A stretch of 64,000 nucleotides of DNA from Oikopleura dioica (taxonomy: Eukaryota > Animalia > Chordata). Every line of letters starts with the position of its first letter. Within the stretch, counting starts at the first letter, position 1. The position numbers and the translations under genes were made by a program. This document shows, one piece after another, positions 52,401-64,000 of this stretch. The stretch is taken from NCBI GenBank assembly GCA_907165135.1, contig OU015568.1:10850001-10914000 (forward strand), in the 5' to 3' direction. The notes under the pieces were generated by a model. The model was given only the letters and a program-made list of their open reading frames with translations, had not been told where the DNA came from and did no database searches.

Positions 52401-55400
52401 CGCGCGGCTCTGTAATTTAGTTTTGTTCGTATAAGAATGTTTCTGGGGTAGTAATTTTTGCGATATTTCGGAACTCTCGAATTTTTATCTTCTGTGGTCG
52501 GCAAAATGCTGTCGGAAAGAATAAAATATTCAATTCGTTGTTTTGGTATAAACCAAACATGCGCTTGTGTCTCTTTGTTTTTCGCCAAAGTGAAATTAAA
52601 AATTGGTGTCGGCTTGGTGTGGCGGAGGAGTTTTTGATTTGGCGAATTGATCCGCAATCCTGTGGCGAGACTCCAGGGCGGCCGGAACTGAGATTCGACA
52701 TCGAAATCTTCAAATGAAAAATTCGCTGCTCGACAAAATTTTTCTCGGATAAGCGGACGTAAGATCGCCGATTATTCTTGTTTGAAGAGTTCTTACCCGG
52801 ACTACAGAGGTTATTTTGAGGGGGAAGAGCTTCTACTTTATTGAAGGTTTTATTTGATCATAAAATAATTTTATTCTGGGCATAATAATTTGGCTAAATT
52901 AAGCATTCAATAAATAAGATATAAAAAGTTCATTTTTGGAAATATTATTGAGGTCTTTTTTCATTTATATTTTCATAATTCGAGCTTTCGGAAAAAAATT
53001 CAGCATTTCAAGTTGGATTCTCAATTTCTGCCAAAAACTCATGTTTTTCGCATAATGAAAAATGCGCAAAACAACAAAACATTATGCACATTCTGCATAT
53101 TTGCCAACAATACAATATCATATGCACCAGGCTTGGTATCTTGCATGATCCGGAAGAGGTCACCCCGTCATCCGGCCAATTAAGACTCTTCCCGCGTCCC
53201 TTTTCCATTTATAGAGAATAATTATGTTTCCCAAAAATCTTGTTTTTAATTTTCGTTTCAAACAGGAATGATGGCGACAACATGGCGTGTTCGGGAGCGC
53301 GCTCGACAAGTTGTATTTCTTCAGATTCGAAAATGTTAACGGCTAGTTAGAGAGGGATCTTTTATTTACGCAAAAGAAGGTTTTAGTCACTCATCTTGGA
53401 GCAATCGTAATTCTATTCTTAGATCGGCAAATTATAAGCTTTCCTCGAAAATTAATCTATTGGTAGCTTTTTAGCTTGATCGAAATTAACACAGTATTTC
53501 GGCACCCATCTGTACAGTGATTTTGATCACCACCCTCGAAGCTTCCTCAAGCGCTCTCGAGTAAATCCCGCTAGAATCCCACTGAGTGGCCGGAGGCGTG
53601 TGAAACCGAGCGGCTTCGACAAAAGCAACAATCGCTTCTCGAGTGCCAATCAAAATTGATTTGCATCAAAGGAGAGTATCAGCCGCAGGAAATCCACTTC
53701 GCATTGTGATCTGCGCTTCCGGTATTGACACTTTTGGATTCTGGCTCTTTCCCTCGCTTTTAAGCAGGTCGTATTCAACATCAAATTTTCAAATTGCTCT
53801 CTAGCTGGAACGCAAGAGAGGTATTTCTACCATACTTCCTGCCGATCAAAACAGTGGCCGAGATTTCGTTTATTGTAAAACAACTCGAACATCATTTTTC
53901 CTTTCTTTTCACTTTTTAAACTATTTTCCTTCTTCGACATCAAAAAAAGACCCATTCCTGGATAAATATTATTATCACTGTAAAACACGTATAGGACGCG
54001 ACTAATTGACGCCGTAAAATTTGGTACTTTTTTTTGGAAAATAGAGATTTTACTTTTCCGAATCGCGGAATTAGAAAAACTGTCTGTTTTATATTTTATT
54101 ATTTTATGAATACTGCTTTCATTCAATTCTCGTTTTATTGGAAGCTAGAATTCCGAGACTCTTTAGTTATTATGTTGCCTCCGGTTTCATGTGAATTTGG
54201 AAGTAGCCGCAATAGATAAGTGATTGACTCTATCGCTCGAGTTGCACCGTTTCCACAATGTACTTTCACGTGTCTCCTTTCGCAGCATTTAATTGAAAGC
54301 ATCTTTTACAGTTTTGTTTGTTGCATCTGGCCTATCTCAGTTTGGAAATAGTCGATAGTCTCTTTTGCAGAAAACACACCTGCAGGCTGCAACCGTCAGA
54401 AGTTGAACCATTGACGGGCACTCACTGGCCCACCGAGCGGAATTATCTAGTCACTAATGTCATTTTACGAGTTTACCGCAAACAATTAATGATTTCGAGT
54501 ACTACCAACAGCTTTTTCGATCGATACTGTATACAGATGAGTTCAAGCATGATGATAATCGTCTGCTTGAAATAGGGATTTTCGATCCTTTTCATATTCT
54601 CATTGATTGATGTAAGGAACTTCACATAAGTTACTGACCATAACTTAGCTCTGGTCTTGTTAAGTTCACACGTAAGAAGTTTTCGAAAAGAAGGATTGAT
54701 GTCGCAATCTTAAAAAAGATTTTCCGGTTAATCTTCGCTTTACCAAACAAGCCGCTTTTTGGACTTTCAGTGACGCGCTCCGGAGTATTTACGATTATTT
54801 TCCCCAATTTATGTTAAAAAAGCACTTCCGCGAGCTTGGCGCTGATTAGGCCTAATTGCGTTAGGAAGGGGGCCGCCAAAATAAAATGTGTTTTTTCGCA
54901 TTCTTCCAGTTTATATTGAAAATGCGCCTCGTAATTATATTTGCACCTTTCTTTGATCCCCGTGACCTGGCGCGCGCAGATGCTCCCGCGAGGAGAGGAT
55001 AGGCGCAATATGTGTTTTGCTCCAAACAATGACGAGAATACAATTCCAGAGTCAGTTCTACAGAAAGCGCCGTTTCATCTTTGTTATGAAATGCAAATTT
55101 TAACTCATCCCTATTTGTAAGCCAGATGGTAGAATTCGAAATAAAACTTGAAAGGAACTTTTGAAAAATACCTACTTTTTGAGTCAATTAAGCTTTTCAG
55201 TGTTTATCAATTTCTTGAGCTCGTTTCGCACATTTTCGTTCGTAAATTAGTTGGTTCAATATGTTTCGGAAACAAAGAAAATCTTTCGCACATGTCGCCT
55301 GTTGCTCAAGATCCAACTGTGTGCCAAGAAGTTGAAAGGATTTAGGCGCGCGTACTTATGGCAATCAATTCCAATTCTCAATAAAAATCTGCACCACTCT

Positions 55401-56072
55401 ATCACATACTTTGCATAAAGGGGAAGTCCTTTGTTTCCCACTCGCGAGGGATTAGTCTTCACGAGCGAAGCAGGGCGCATCGGCACTGGAAGCCGATTGA
55501 CCAGGACAGCGCCACCTGGATATTTCTAATAAGAGTTTTCATGATTAACTTTGCATTAAAAACATTTTGTAAATGAAGATCGTTGGACTTTAGAGCTGAC
55601 CTTGAGCCACGGGGCTCAAGAGTTCTTTTTCTTCTCATCGGGTTTTGAGATTGATACGTTCCATGTCCAGATCCGTCTCCGCTGTGCCAATAGAGTAGGG
55701 ATAATCGCGCCAGGTGAACAGTCTTTGCGCAAGAAAGATAGAACCAAGCACTGTTTACGGGCATCTTCGAAGTGCATTTCTATTTTTGCCGATCTTCCAA
55801 ACCAAACAATGCCTGACGCTTATGAACCCTTCCTTCGCGTAATTATCGATAAGAAGGCATATTTTCGAGGTGATCAAAAGAGATTACGCGAGGTTTAAAT
55901 CACAGCTTCCTCTCATTGCCTTCGATCTTGAGCGACGGATGCTCGATAAAAACCATCGACTTTTTCTCTAGACTCCTGGTCCCAGTGCCTTACCAAGAAA
56001 CTCATCAGAGTTCCTCATCTTAATTTTCACCAGAGCTTAAAATTTTCTTCAGTTTTTCACAGAAAATAAACG

Positions 56073-57718
56073 ATGAACACACTATCGAATGATCGACCAC
56101 AGGATCAAGGTAAGATTTATTTATTATATCACTGTAACTTATTATTCTAAAAGTGATCCCTCAAATGCTCATGGCGCAGCAACAACTTATGGCAATTCGA
56201 ACAGCTCAAGCTCGTATGGCTCTTGTGCAACAAGAGGTAAAAACTTTTTGATTATTAAAATATAATTCTTTCGAAAAAGTCTAGATTTTTAAATAGAGAA
56301 ATAGAGAATGATTTAAATTGGAGCATAATTTCACTGCAATAATAATTTATAGCATTTATTTTGTTATCAATAAGACATCTTCTAATTATTTTATTTTAGG
56401 TTCAAATGGCGGCTATGAACCAAATTAGAAGAGTTCAAACAGAAATGTTAGTTCGCCAACAACATCAGAATATAGCTGGTATGTCTCCATTATTGGCTTT
56501 CAAGAAAAAAAACCCTTGGTTTCAAATATTGATACTTCACTTTCTAGCTCAATACTATCCGATTGGCCTCCCTCCTGCATTACCGAATCCATCCCTTCCA
56601 GTCAATCCTCTCATTCAAAGGCAGCGATGGATAGAAACTGCTCAGGTACTATTCGATTTTGCTGAGTAAAATTTAACAAATAAATTTAGCGGCGTGTTTC
56701 CGCGGAATCCGTGAAAACTCCCACACAACTCCCAGTACCAATTATGCCACCTTCAACTGTCCGGCCGAATCCAATCCAAGAAAAAAGCGAGCATTCTTCT
56801 GAGACCTCAGGAGTCGGGAGCTCACGCGGGACGCCCGAAAACGCCGACCACTTGTGCCGTAAGTATAATACCTACTCTTCCATGATTTCACCCACTTCCC
56901 CAAATGAATAATACAGTAAGGATCGTGAAACAAATCATTTCCGGCGGGAGTGATTATGATTTCCGCACCGCGCCCTTGCCAAATAGGAACCGCCTTTGAT
57001 CGCTACAACGCGCTTTTGTATCCCTCTTCACCACACGTTAACTTTTTTCTAGCGGTCTTTGACCTTCGTATAAAATATATTTTAGGCCTCAAAGACTCGT
57101 GTTCCCATCCGTCAGATGCAGCTCTTGGCCACGGAGATGCATGCAGACGATTCACGTGTCCGTACTGCAAGAAGCATTTTCCGCGAAATGCTAATCTCGT
57201 CCGTCACCTCCGAACACACACTGGAGAACAGCCTTATGTTTGCGACATTTGCTCGAGAGGATTTTCAATCTCATCAAATCTCCGGCGTCATATCCGAAAC
57301 GTGCATAGGTTTGTCTTTTTTCTCTTCTTGGCGATGTTTTATAATTCATTTCAGAGGCGAGCGACCATTCGGTTGCAACTTCTGTGGCAAACGATTTGGT
57401 CAGCAAACGAACCTGGATCGACATATCCGAATAAAGCACAATGCTGATCGAGACGCAAACGATGCGATTTGCAGTACATCAGCAAGTACAGCGACTCTGT
57501 CCCTATCGCGACTCGCCGGCTCCGCAAGCAATGCCTTGACAAACCAAACTCCTTCGACACTGAACTCAACTCTATCTGAGCTTTCGAGATTACAGGACAT
57601 GGTCAAGAAGCAATTCTGCCAGTCTCTTGTCAAGACCGAAACCGACGATGCTGCGATAGAATCGTCAAGCTCTTCCGAAGATGAAAACAACGAGGACGAA
57701 CTTGATATTGAAAAATAA
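56073..57718 (+). CDS. EVI1/PRDM16 (hamlet, egl-43) family C2H2 transcription factor
   Basis: Diagnostic triple finger [30 protein letters not shown] and [10 protein letters not shown] plus an acidic tail; 5' exons less certain. Confidence 0.85.
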
Positions 57719-58150
57719 CCATCAACTTGTAAAGACTTATTGTTAATAAACCATTTATATAAAGAAGATCAGTAATTATTCAAATGATTTCCTGATAGAA
57801 ATTTGTTAAACAAAGACTTACATTTTCTAAGAGCAGGATGGAAACCGGATGCTTTGACTCAAGAATTTACATATTCTCTGTGTGAGGGCCTTTTTATGTT
57901 TATGGTGGCGGATCTCTACTATTTACTCTTTTTGATACTGATTTGCCTGAACCCATACTCTCTAATCTCATGAGCTCTTTCCGTTTCTCCCCGACAAAAT
58001 CAAGCAATATCAGCTAATTAACATTGAGAGAAGGCTGATGTTTTTCCTACCATAATAAGAAGAACACTTACCTGTATCTGTCAGATTGTATTTTGATATT
58101 ATTTCAAGAACAAACGTCAGGAAAAATTAACAGATGTAATGAATATTAGC

Positions 58151-60440
58151 CTAGTTGGGGATATTTCTCTTCTTCTTTTCACTTGCATGAAATTCCTCAG
58201 CTTCTTCAACAGTTTGAAAAAGTGGCAGCGATTTTGTTTCTGGCAGAAAAAGAAGCAAAAATCCTGATAAGATTGACAAAGTTGCAAAAGTGGTGTGTGG
58301 AACCCACTCAAATCCTGTTCCGAGGCTCTTTACTCCGCCGCACTCAAATTGAAATCATAGAAGAGAACAATAAAAGAGCCTTTCCTGGTTTATCGATAAG
58401 CATATTTAGAAATGGAGCTACGACCGATCCAATTCGACCGATCATCGACGTTATGCTCACACCCATAGATCGCACTTCAGTCGGGAAAAGCTCCGCAGAA
58501 AATGTGAATAGTGCGCAGAATACAGCTGAAGACGCAAACTTTCCAATAAAGGCGGCGACATTGGTGCTGATGCTGGTCAAGAGTACACCCATGTGTGCAA
58601 AACAGGCGACTCCAGATAATATAAAAAGAGCTTTGCGTAGATTTCAATCGAAAGTTACTTTTTAATAAATCTTTTGATTCTGATGGAAGAGGAAAAAACT
58701 GCAAAAAATGAAATCTTTCCTACGATAGATTTTCTTCGGCCAAATACGTCAGTGATCGGCGCGGTAAAACCATAAGCAGCTGCTTCAAGGGCCCCATTGA
58801 TTGCGTTATTCACATAGATGCTTCCAGACAAGTTATTGACTCCATATCCGAAGCCGTAATACACCATGTTGACGACGAAGTATGCCATACTTGTAAGGAT
58901 AAAAACTTAATTGGTTTTAAAAATGGAAGATTCTCGTTGATCAACCTTTGCCAAAAAACTTTGAGAACAGGATGTCAGTAATTGGAGGTGCTTTCGGTGG
59001 CTTTTCAATTACGAAAAGGGATATGTCCGGAGCAATTAGAGGCTCGCCATCTTGATCGGAAGCTTCAATCGCAAATCTATCCAAAATAGCTTGAGCTTCT
59101 TCGTAACGCCCTTTCGTTACAAGAAATCGGGGTGATTCGGGCAGAAATGGAACTTGAAATTTCAATTACATTCTCATAAACTCCAATTTTTGACTCACGA
59201 AATATGATGTTGAAGGCTGAGAGAGCGGCTATGCCCAAGGTCAAATTTTGCCAGTCTGGTAGATAGAACGATATGACGGAGATGCCAGCGCAACCGCCTG
59301 CGAACATGAAGCACAGGATCGTACTCGGTAAACTGCGCCGGCTGGGGCCCAAGATTTCGACGCCATATGTGAGAGCGGAAAGGAACCCAATAACCTAGGA
59401 AAGTCTTCTCTATCTATAAGCACTGTCCAAAAACTTACGCTAAAGGTTGCAGCTAGAGTTCTCAGCACCAGAAAGGCGTATTGATTCACTTGAAATATTT
59501 TGTTGAATATTGAAAACTCAATTTTAATTAATTTACCAATGAGCGCTTGTGCAGCGAAAGAAAATGTGGTCGTCAAAGTGTGCACCATGATTGCATTTTT
59601 TCGTCCAAATGTGTCGCAGTGAACCCCGGCAAGAAGGGAGCCGATAAAGAATCCAACAGAACCCGCTGAGATCATGTAGGTGTTCAGAATTTCTTTCTCA
59701 CAGACAAGGTCGAATTGGGTGACGGCTGAGACAGAATTATTCTACGTCAATGCATGGTTCTATAAAAACCTGATTCCCACGAGTCTGAAGAAGCGTTCAA
59801 TCCATGTTGAAGAAACACGTTGCCATCAGCACCGCATGTTTCCAATGAGCCGTTGATTTTGTTGGAAGTCAAGCAATTGAATATATCATCTGAGGTCGAG
59901 TTCGAGAATGAAGTAGTTGAGGTCTAAAGCAAAAAAAGCCTTGCCCCTTTTAGTTACCCATTTGGCCAAGTTTCCGATAGTCATCCAAATCAAACAGCCT
60001 GTTAAAATATCCATTTAATCATATATTAAAATAAGAACAGAATAAATATACGATTCAACGTCCAAAAATGATAGTCAAAGTCTAATTCTCGCGAAATTGA
60101 TGTTTTTCTACAAAAAATTGCAGGGCATGAATCTTTAGATACATACCTGATTTATGCAGGAACTGACAATTTCTTCCGGGTAAGAGCATTTTTCACATCC
60201 TGATTTTGTTGTTGAAGCACAGTTTCCTTGTAATTTTGTGCTAAGATCGTGAATTTGGTCAAGAGAAAGAAAGGTGAGGTCATCCAGGCTTGTTCGACAG
60301 TGATGTTTCGGCGAGTACTGTGCGAAGACCGGATACATCGCAGATAGACCCATGATGAGAGTCATATAACTGGAGAAAACAACGAGCTGTTAAGTGGTCA
60401 AGAGATTTTCTTCGATTTTGCACTTGTCAAGTGCCAACAT
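58151..60440 (-). CDS. SLC22 organic cation/anion transporter (MFS)
   Basis: TQFDLVC, DTFGRK, PESPRFL, ELFPTEVRS and LPETK; first exon ambiguous. Confidence 0.9.
58315..58384 (-). other. Non-canonical GA-AG intron in SLC22 with a 9-bp terminal stem
   Basis: CCA G|GAAAGGCTC...GAGCCTCGGAACAG|GA TTT joins DKPG to FEWVP in frame. Confidence 0.8.
58631..58719 (-). other. Non-canonical GA-AG intron in SLC22 with an 8-bp terminal stem
   Basis: GTA G|GAAAGATTTCA...TGAAATCTACGCAAAG|CT CTT joins RKSIV to ALFILSG; no in-frame GT solution found. Confidence 0.8.
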
Positions 60441-61845
60441 TCAATGTTAAACATTGGACCTTGCTGACCCCATGAATATTTTAGAAGAGCCCAACGCGGC
60501 GCAGATGCACCGCAACTTGGGATTTTTAGGTGAATAAAACCACTTCCTTGATTTGATATCTTCCTCCATGAGGCAGTTCATCCCAGATATCGTCAAACTC
60601 TTATGAAACTGGTTACTTTGGTTGCTTTTAATCATTATTGGATTTTGTTTACACAGACATCAAAAGTAAAGTACAAGTTTATCTATAATTTGACATAAAA
60701 AATTCTAGTTCTATACTTACCCTTTATTTTTGGCCTTACTTTACTCGTTTCTCCCATTCTAATACGCGGAGTAAACCACCGTATGAAGGGATCAAGATAT
60801 TCTCTAAAATACCCGTGAAAAAACACTGAAGAGCTTAAGAATTTATCCCTAGATTTGTATTTCAAGCTTTGATTTACTCAGAAGACTGATTAACGAAGGC
60901 TTACTGATCACGCCACTCTGTCTCGAGAGGTGTCTCTTCATTTGAGGTCAACCAGAACCCTTTCGTGAGGATAGTCCAATCTAATTTTTGGCCGTTTTTC
61001 AAAAAAATAAATCGATTTTCTCCGCAAAAGATATACCAAAAGGTAGTGGCCAAATAAACATAACTATCCATTATTTTGATATTTAGGAAATAATCATCAT
61101 AAAAAGTTCAATCAGCTTATTCCTTATCAGCAATTGATAACCTATTAAAAATATCATGCTAATATTTGGCGCGATGCTGTTTAATGTTTTAAAAATATTC
61201 GTAGTGAAGCTTAGTAAGGTGAAGAAATGAAGATACTCACGACGTTTTCCATCTAGTGGGACTTTCTCCATTATGTTTAGGAGTTGAAAGACTCTTCAAG
61301 ATTCTCTGTCTCAAGTCCAAGTGGTTTTTGATGAAGACCTAAAAAGGAGAATGCCGTGAAAGTGGAGGGCGCCCTAAGTCGGTCCGCCTCGTTCCATGCG
61401 TCACGAAATCGATGATATCGCCTTTCTTTGATCCTTACCTACATATTTCATTTTCTTGTCGAATTGGATAAAGCGGAATGTGTCCTATTTATATTTTAAA
61501 TCGTATCAACGCCAATTGCTTCATTATTTAATTCATTATTAATTTAACAGTAGTAAAACAGGAAATATTATTGTGTTCAAAGGGCGCAACATTACGCGTT
61601 GAGCGTATTATCCAACTAGAGCTTTCCAAAACTATTGACGCAACCGCATTGTTATAACGAGGTTCGAATACTAATGAGACCATGATGGCTATCTACTGCT
61701 CGGTTCAAAAAACTCCCTTATGCGCTCTCCCACCGAGTTTTTTCGTGGAATTGCGCCACCTTTACCGTGATTTCGCCATAAAATCTTGATTTCTATTCAG
61801 TTTCTCAGAAACAATCGAATAACTCAATCAAGAAAAGCCTCAACA

Positions 61846-62721
61846 ATGCGAGCAAACAGCACCGATATTTTCGACTTCTCCAACGTCGAACACTCTGGAA
61901 TGCATGCATTCTGTCAAGGGACTCAGCTTAGTCATCAGATGCCAGACGAAACGACCGACTACTCTTCAGAAGAATTCCAGAGCGATAAAAGCAACCCAAC
62001 ATCGACAGCATCACTCTCCAGAATAACCGACAAACTGTCTACGATTAGCACCTCATCTGAGTCATTTTCTCCCTATCCGAGAGAAAACTCTGGTTTCTGC
62101 ACGACGATCATTCCGCCAACACCCCGAGCTCCTCCTACATCCAGATTGCACACTTCTGATGAAGGCGACTCGGCTTTGGACAGCTTTCGAAAATCAACCA
62201 TGCATTTCCTCAACGATGGCGTCCTCCACTCTAACGAAGATCTTCTGATCAAGATGGAGACATCATCGCAGACTCAGAGCGAAACAACATCGGATTCACA
62301 AGAATTGCGGAACAGCATCGCTGAAGAAGAATCAGTCCAGATTACGGATGATGTGACGCTGGTTACGACCAAATACATTGATGCAACTCGTCCAGCATGC
62401 AACGAAGATATCCAACCTCCGTCCAAGAAGTCACATCATCGCCTAACTCTCATGTTCCTGTCCATCATCTTCGTCGGGATTCTTCTTGCGGTAATTGTAC
62501 TCCTCGCCTTTCAACTCAAGCTCCTCCAGAATGAAGTGGACCGATTCTCTTCGCTTGCCAGGCACAAACAACAGCAAGTCGACTCCCGTCAGCGCGACAT
62601 TGTCTTCTTTCGTGGCCAGAATCGTAAGCTCCGCGAACAGGAAGGAGAACTCCAATCAAAACTCACTACCTGCCAGAACGAAATCTTCCTCCACGACAAA
62701 GAATTTCATCCTGTCCCCTAA
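61846..62721 (+). CDS. Uncharacterised single-exon type II membrane protein with C-terminal coiled coil
   Basis: Long ORF, Ser/Thr-rich N-terminus, TM LTLMFLSIIFVGILLAVIVLLAF. Confidence 0.7.
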   Translation: MRANSTDIFDFSNVEHSGMHAFCQGTQLSHQMPDETTDYSSEEFQSDKSNPTSTASLSRITDKLSTISTSSESFSPYPRENSGFCTTIIPPTPRAPPTSRLHTSDEGDSALDSFRKSTMHFLNDGVLHSNEDLLIKMETSSQTQSETTSDSQELRNSIAEEESVQITDDVTLVTTKYIDATRPACNEDIQPPSKKSHHRLTLMFLSIIFVGILLAVIVLLAFQLKLLQNEVDRFSSLARHKQQQVDSRQRDIVFFRGQNRKLREQEGELQSKLTTCQNEIFLHDKEFHPVP

Positions 62722-62961
62722 CTTTCTTGTCTCTAGAATAATCTGCCGAATAAATAAATCATCCACGAACTCGCGTAGTTATGTCAGCAACGGATATTGA
62801 TATTGAACTTACAGAGTTCGAATCATCAAATAGTACTGTCTTTGATAGCCAGGAAAAGTCTTGATCTAAAAAAAATCTATATCAAGCAAACAATTTGTCA
62901 AGATAACTGTGAGAATGAAAGTAGAACAAGTGCTGATCATAAAGACGAACCTCCACGATTA

Positions 62962-64000
62962 ATGATCACACCGCTCCCAGTTCGTTTCGAGAATTACGAT
63001 ATTGATAAGTTTTATAAAGGTTGAAGCTATTAATCGACTCCATTACGAAAGGAATATTTTCAGCCGGCCAGCCTTCAATCGATAATCTCATAGGAACTTC
63101 GTGTCTGTACCTTTGTAGGTCTCATGTTATCGACAGTCCAGTAACACCGCATAAATTTCTGAATGAAAACCGAAACAGCTATTGTATCTTGAATGACGTC
63201 GGGCAAGGAATTTATTACTTAAAGTTCAAAGAAACAAGTTGCAGGTAGTAAGAAATTTTATTCTCACCATATTCGTTGATTTTTAGTAAAGTGCTCTGTT
63301 GTTGCATCGGAAATACCTGCACCCACATGAATATCCACCAATTTGACTGTACGGGCGAGAGAATTGCACGACTCAATCGACCGAAGAGATTCGCTTGGCC
63401 TTGGGTTCCGTTTGGCCTGAGAAGAGCTGACTTATATGCAAAGATATGGCGAAAATTTAGGCAAAAAACTTCGAGCGATTCTTTTCATATCTTTATTGAA
63501 AGTTGCTCCAGCTTCAAAATGCTTAACTACGAGATCTTTCAAGAGTAACCTTTATATTGAATCACTACAGTCTTCGCGCTAAAATTCTCCAGCGACAAAG
63601 CTTCAAAGGCTACTCCATCTACGATGCCTATGCCGACAAAAAGCACGTCTTCGAAATAATGATCAGACAGCCTTCACTCAAAGAAAAGGTCAAAAAGACG
63701 GTCAGGCTTAAGTTTACTCAGAAGTTCTGCGTCTATCTATTGCCGATGAAGAAGGTAATTGCCAGAATTACCAAGGACACGTGGAAAGACGCAGTTGAAA
63801 GTAAACTTGACGATATTTTGATGGAAAGAGACCCAGTGAAAAGATCAAATGATTTCGCGTAAGTAGTACTGTAATGTCAAATCAAAAATAAATTTTCAGG
63901 CGACAAAAGTCAATGTGCAAGCAGTTCAAAATCGCGGATCATCCGATCATGGTGATGCGAATCCACCCAGAAGCCGAGAATTTTCTGACTCCTCACGAGT
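62962..64000 (+). CDS. Phospholipid scramblase-like protein (partial, runs off the window end)
   Basis: NSYCILNDVGQGIYY...CC...DCTGERIARLNRP resembles the scramblase pattern NKYEIKNSFGQRVY...DNMGQEVITLERP. Confidence 0.55.

Noticed and set aside
60390-60392. In-frame TAA near the SLC22 N-terminus (LTT*QLVVF), suggesting a pseudogene
   Set aside because: TTAACAG is also a plausible acceptor; a GT donor after ...ARSN joins the upstream ORF (60447-60635) in frame, so the stop may be intronic. Needs cDNA.

Overview
Gene-dense eukaryotic DNA with many very short (about 30-60 nt) introns, several non-canonical GA-AG introns and tightly packed co-directional gene runs. This pattern fits a larvacean tunicate such as Oikopleura dioica (inference from gene style, no database search). 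Recognisable genes: a catalytically dead aspartate-aminotransferase homologue, TDP1 with an N-terminal PBZ finger, MRPL39, CPOX, ZMPSTE24, PPID, PDXK, PIF1, LIN37, TBC1D5, DYRK1, FAM177A1, TTLL9, RPL29, IFT74, BUB1/MadBub, an EVI1/PRDM16-type zinc-finger gene, an SLC22 transporter and a scramblase-like gene. There is also a three-member tandem family of 4-TM proteins, several orphan genes and an intron-hosted tRNA-like gene. The most interesting signal links transposons to splicing. (1) A TIR element inserted in a coding exon forms an exact GT-AG intron (30608-32093). (2) A CTAG-ended MITE family (three copies, 8-bp TSDs) ends in AG, and two copies have TSDs that begin with GT on the host strand. 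(3) A nested pair of 9-bp-TSD elements duplicates a donor site. (4) Three GA-AG introns share a terminal stem that starts at intron position +4 and closes 8-9 nt before the acceptor. Exon structures were read by hand and coordinates may be off by a few bases.
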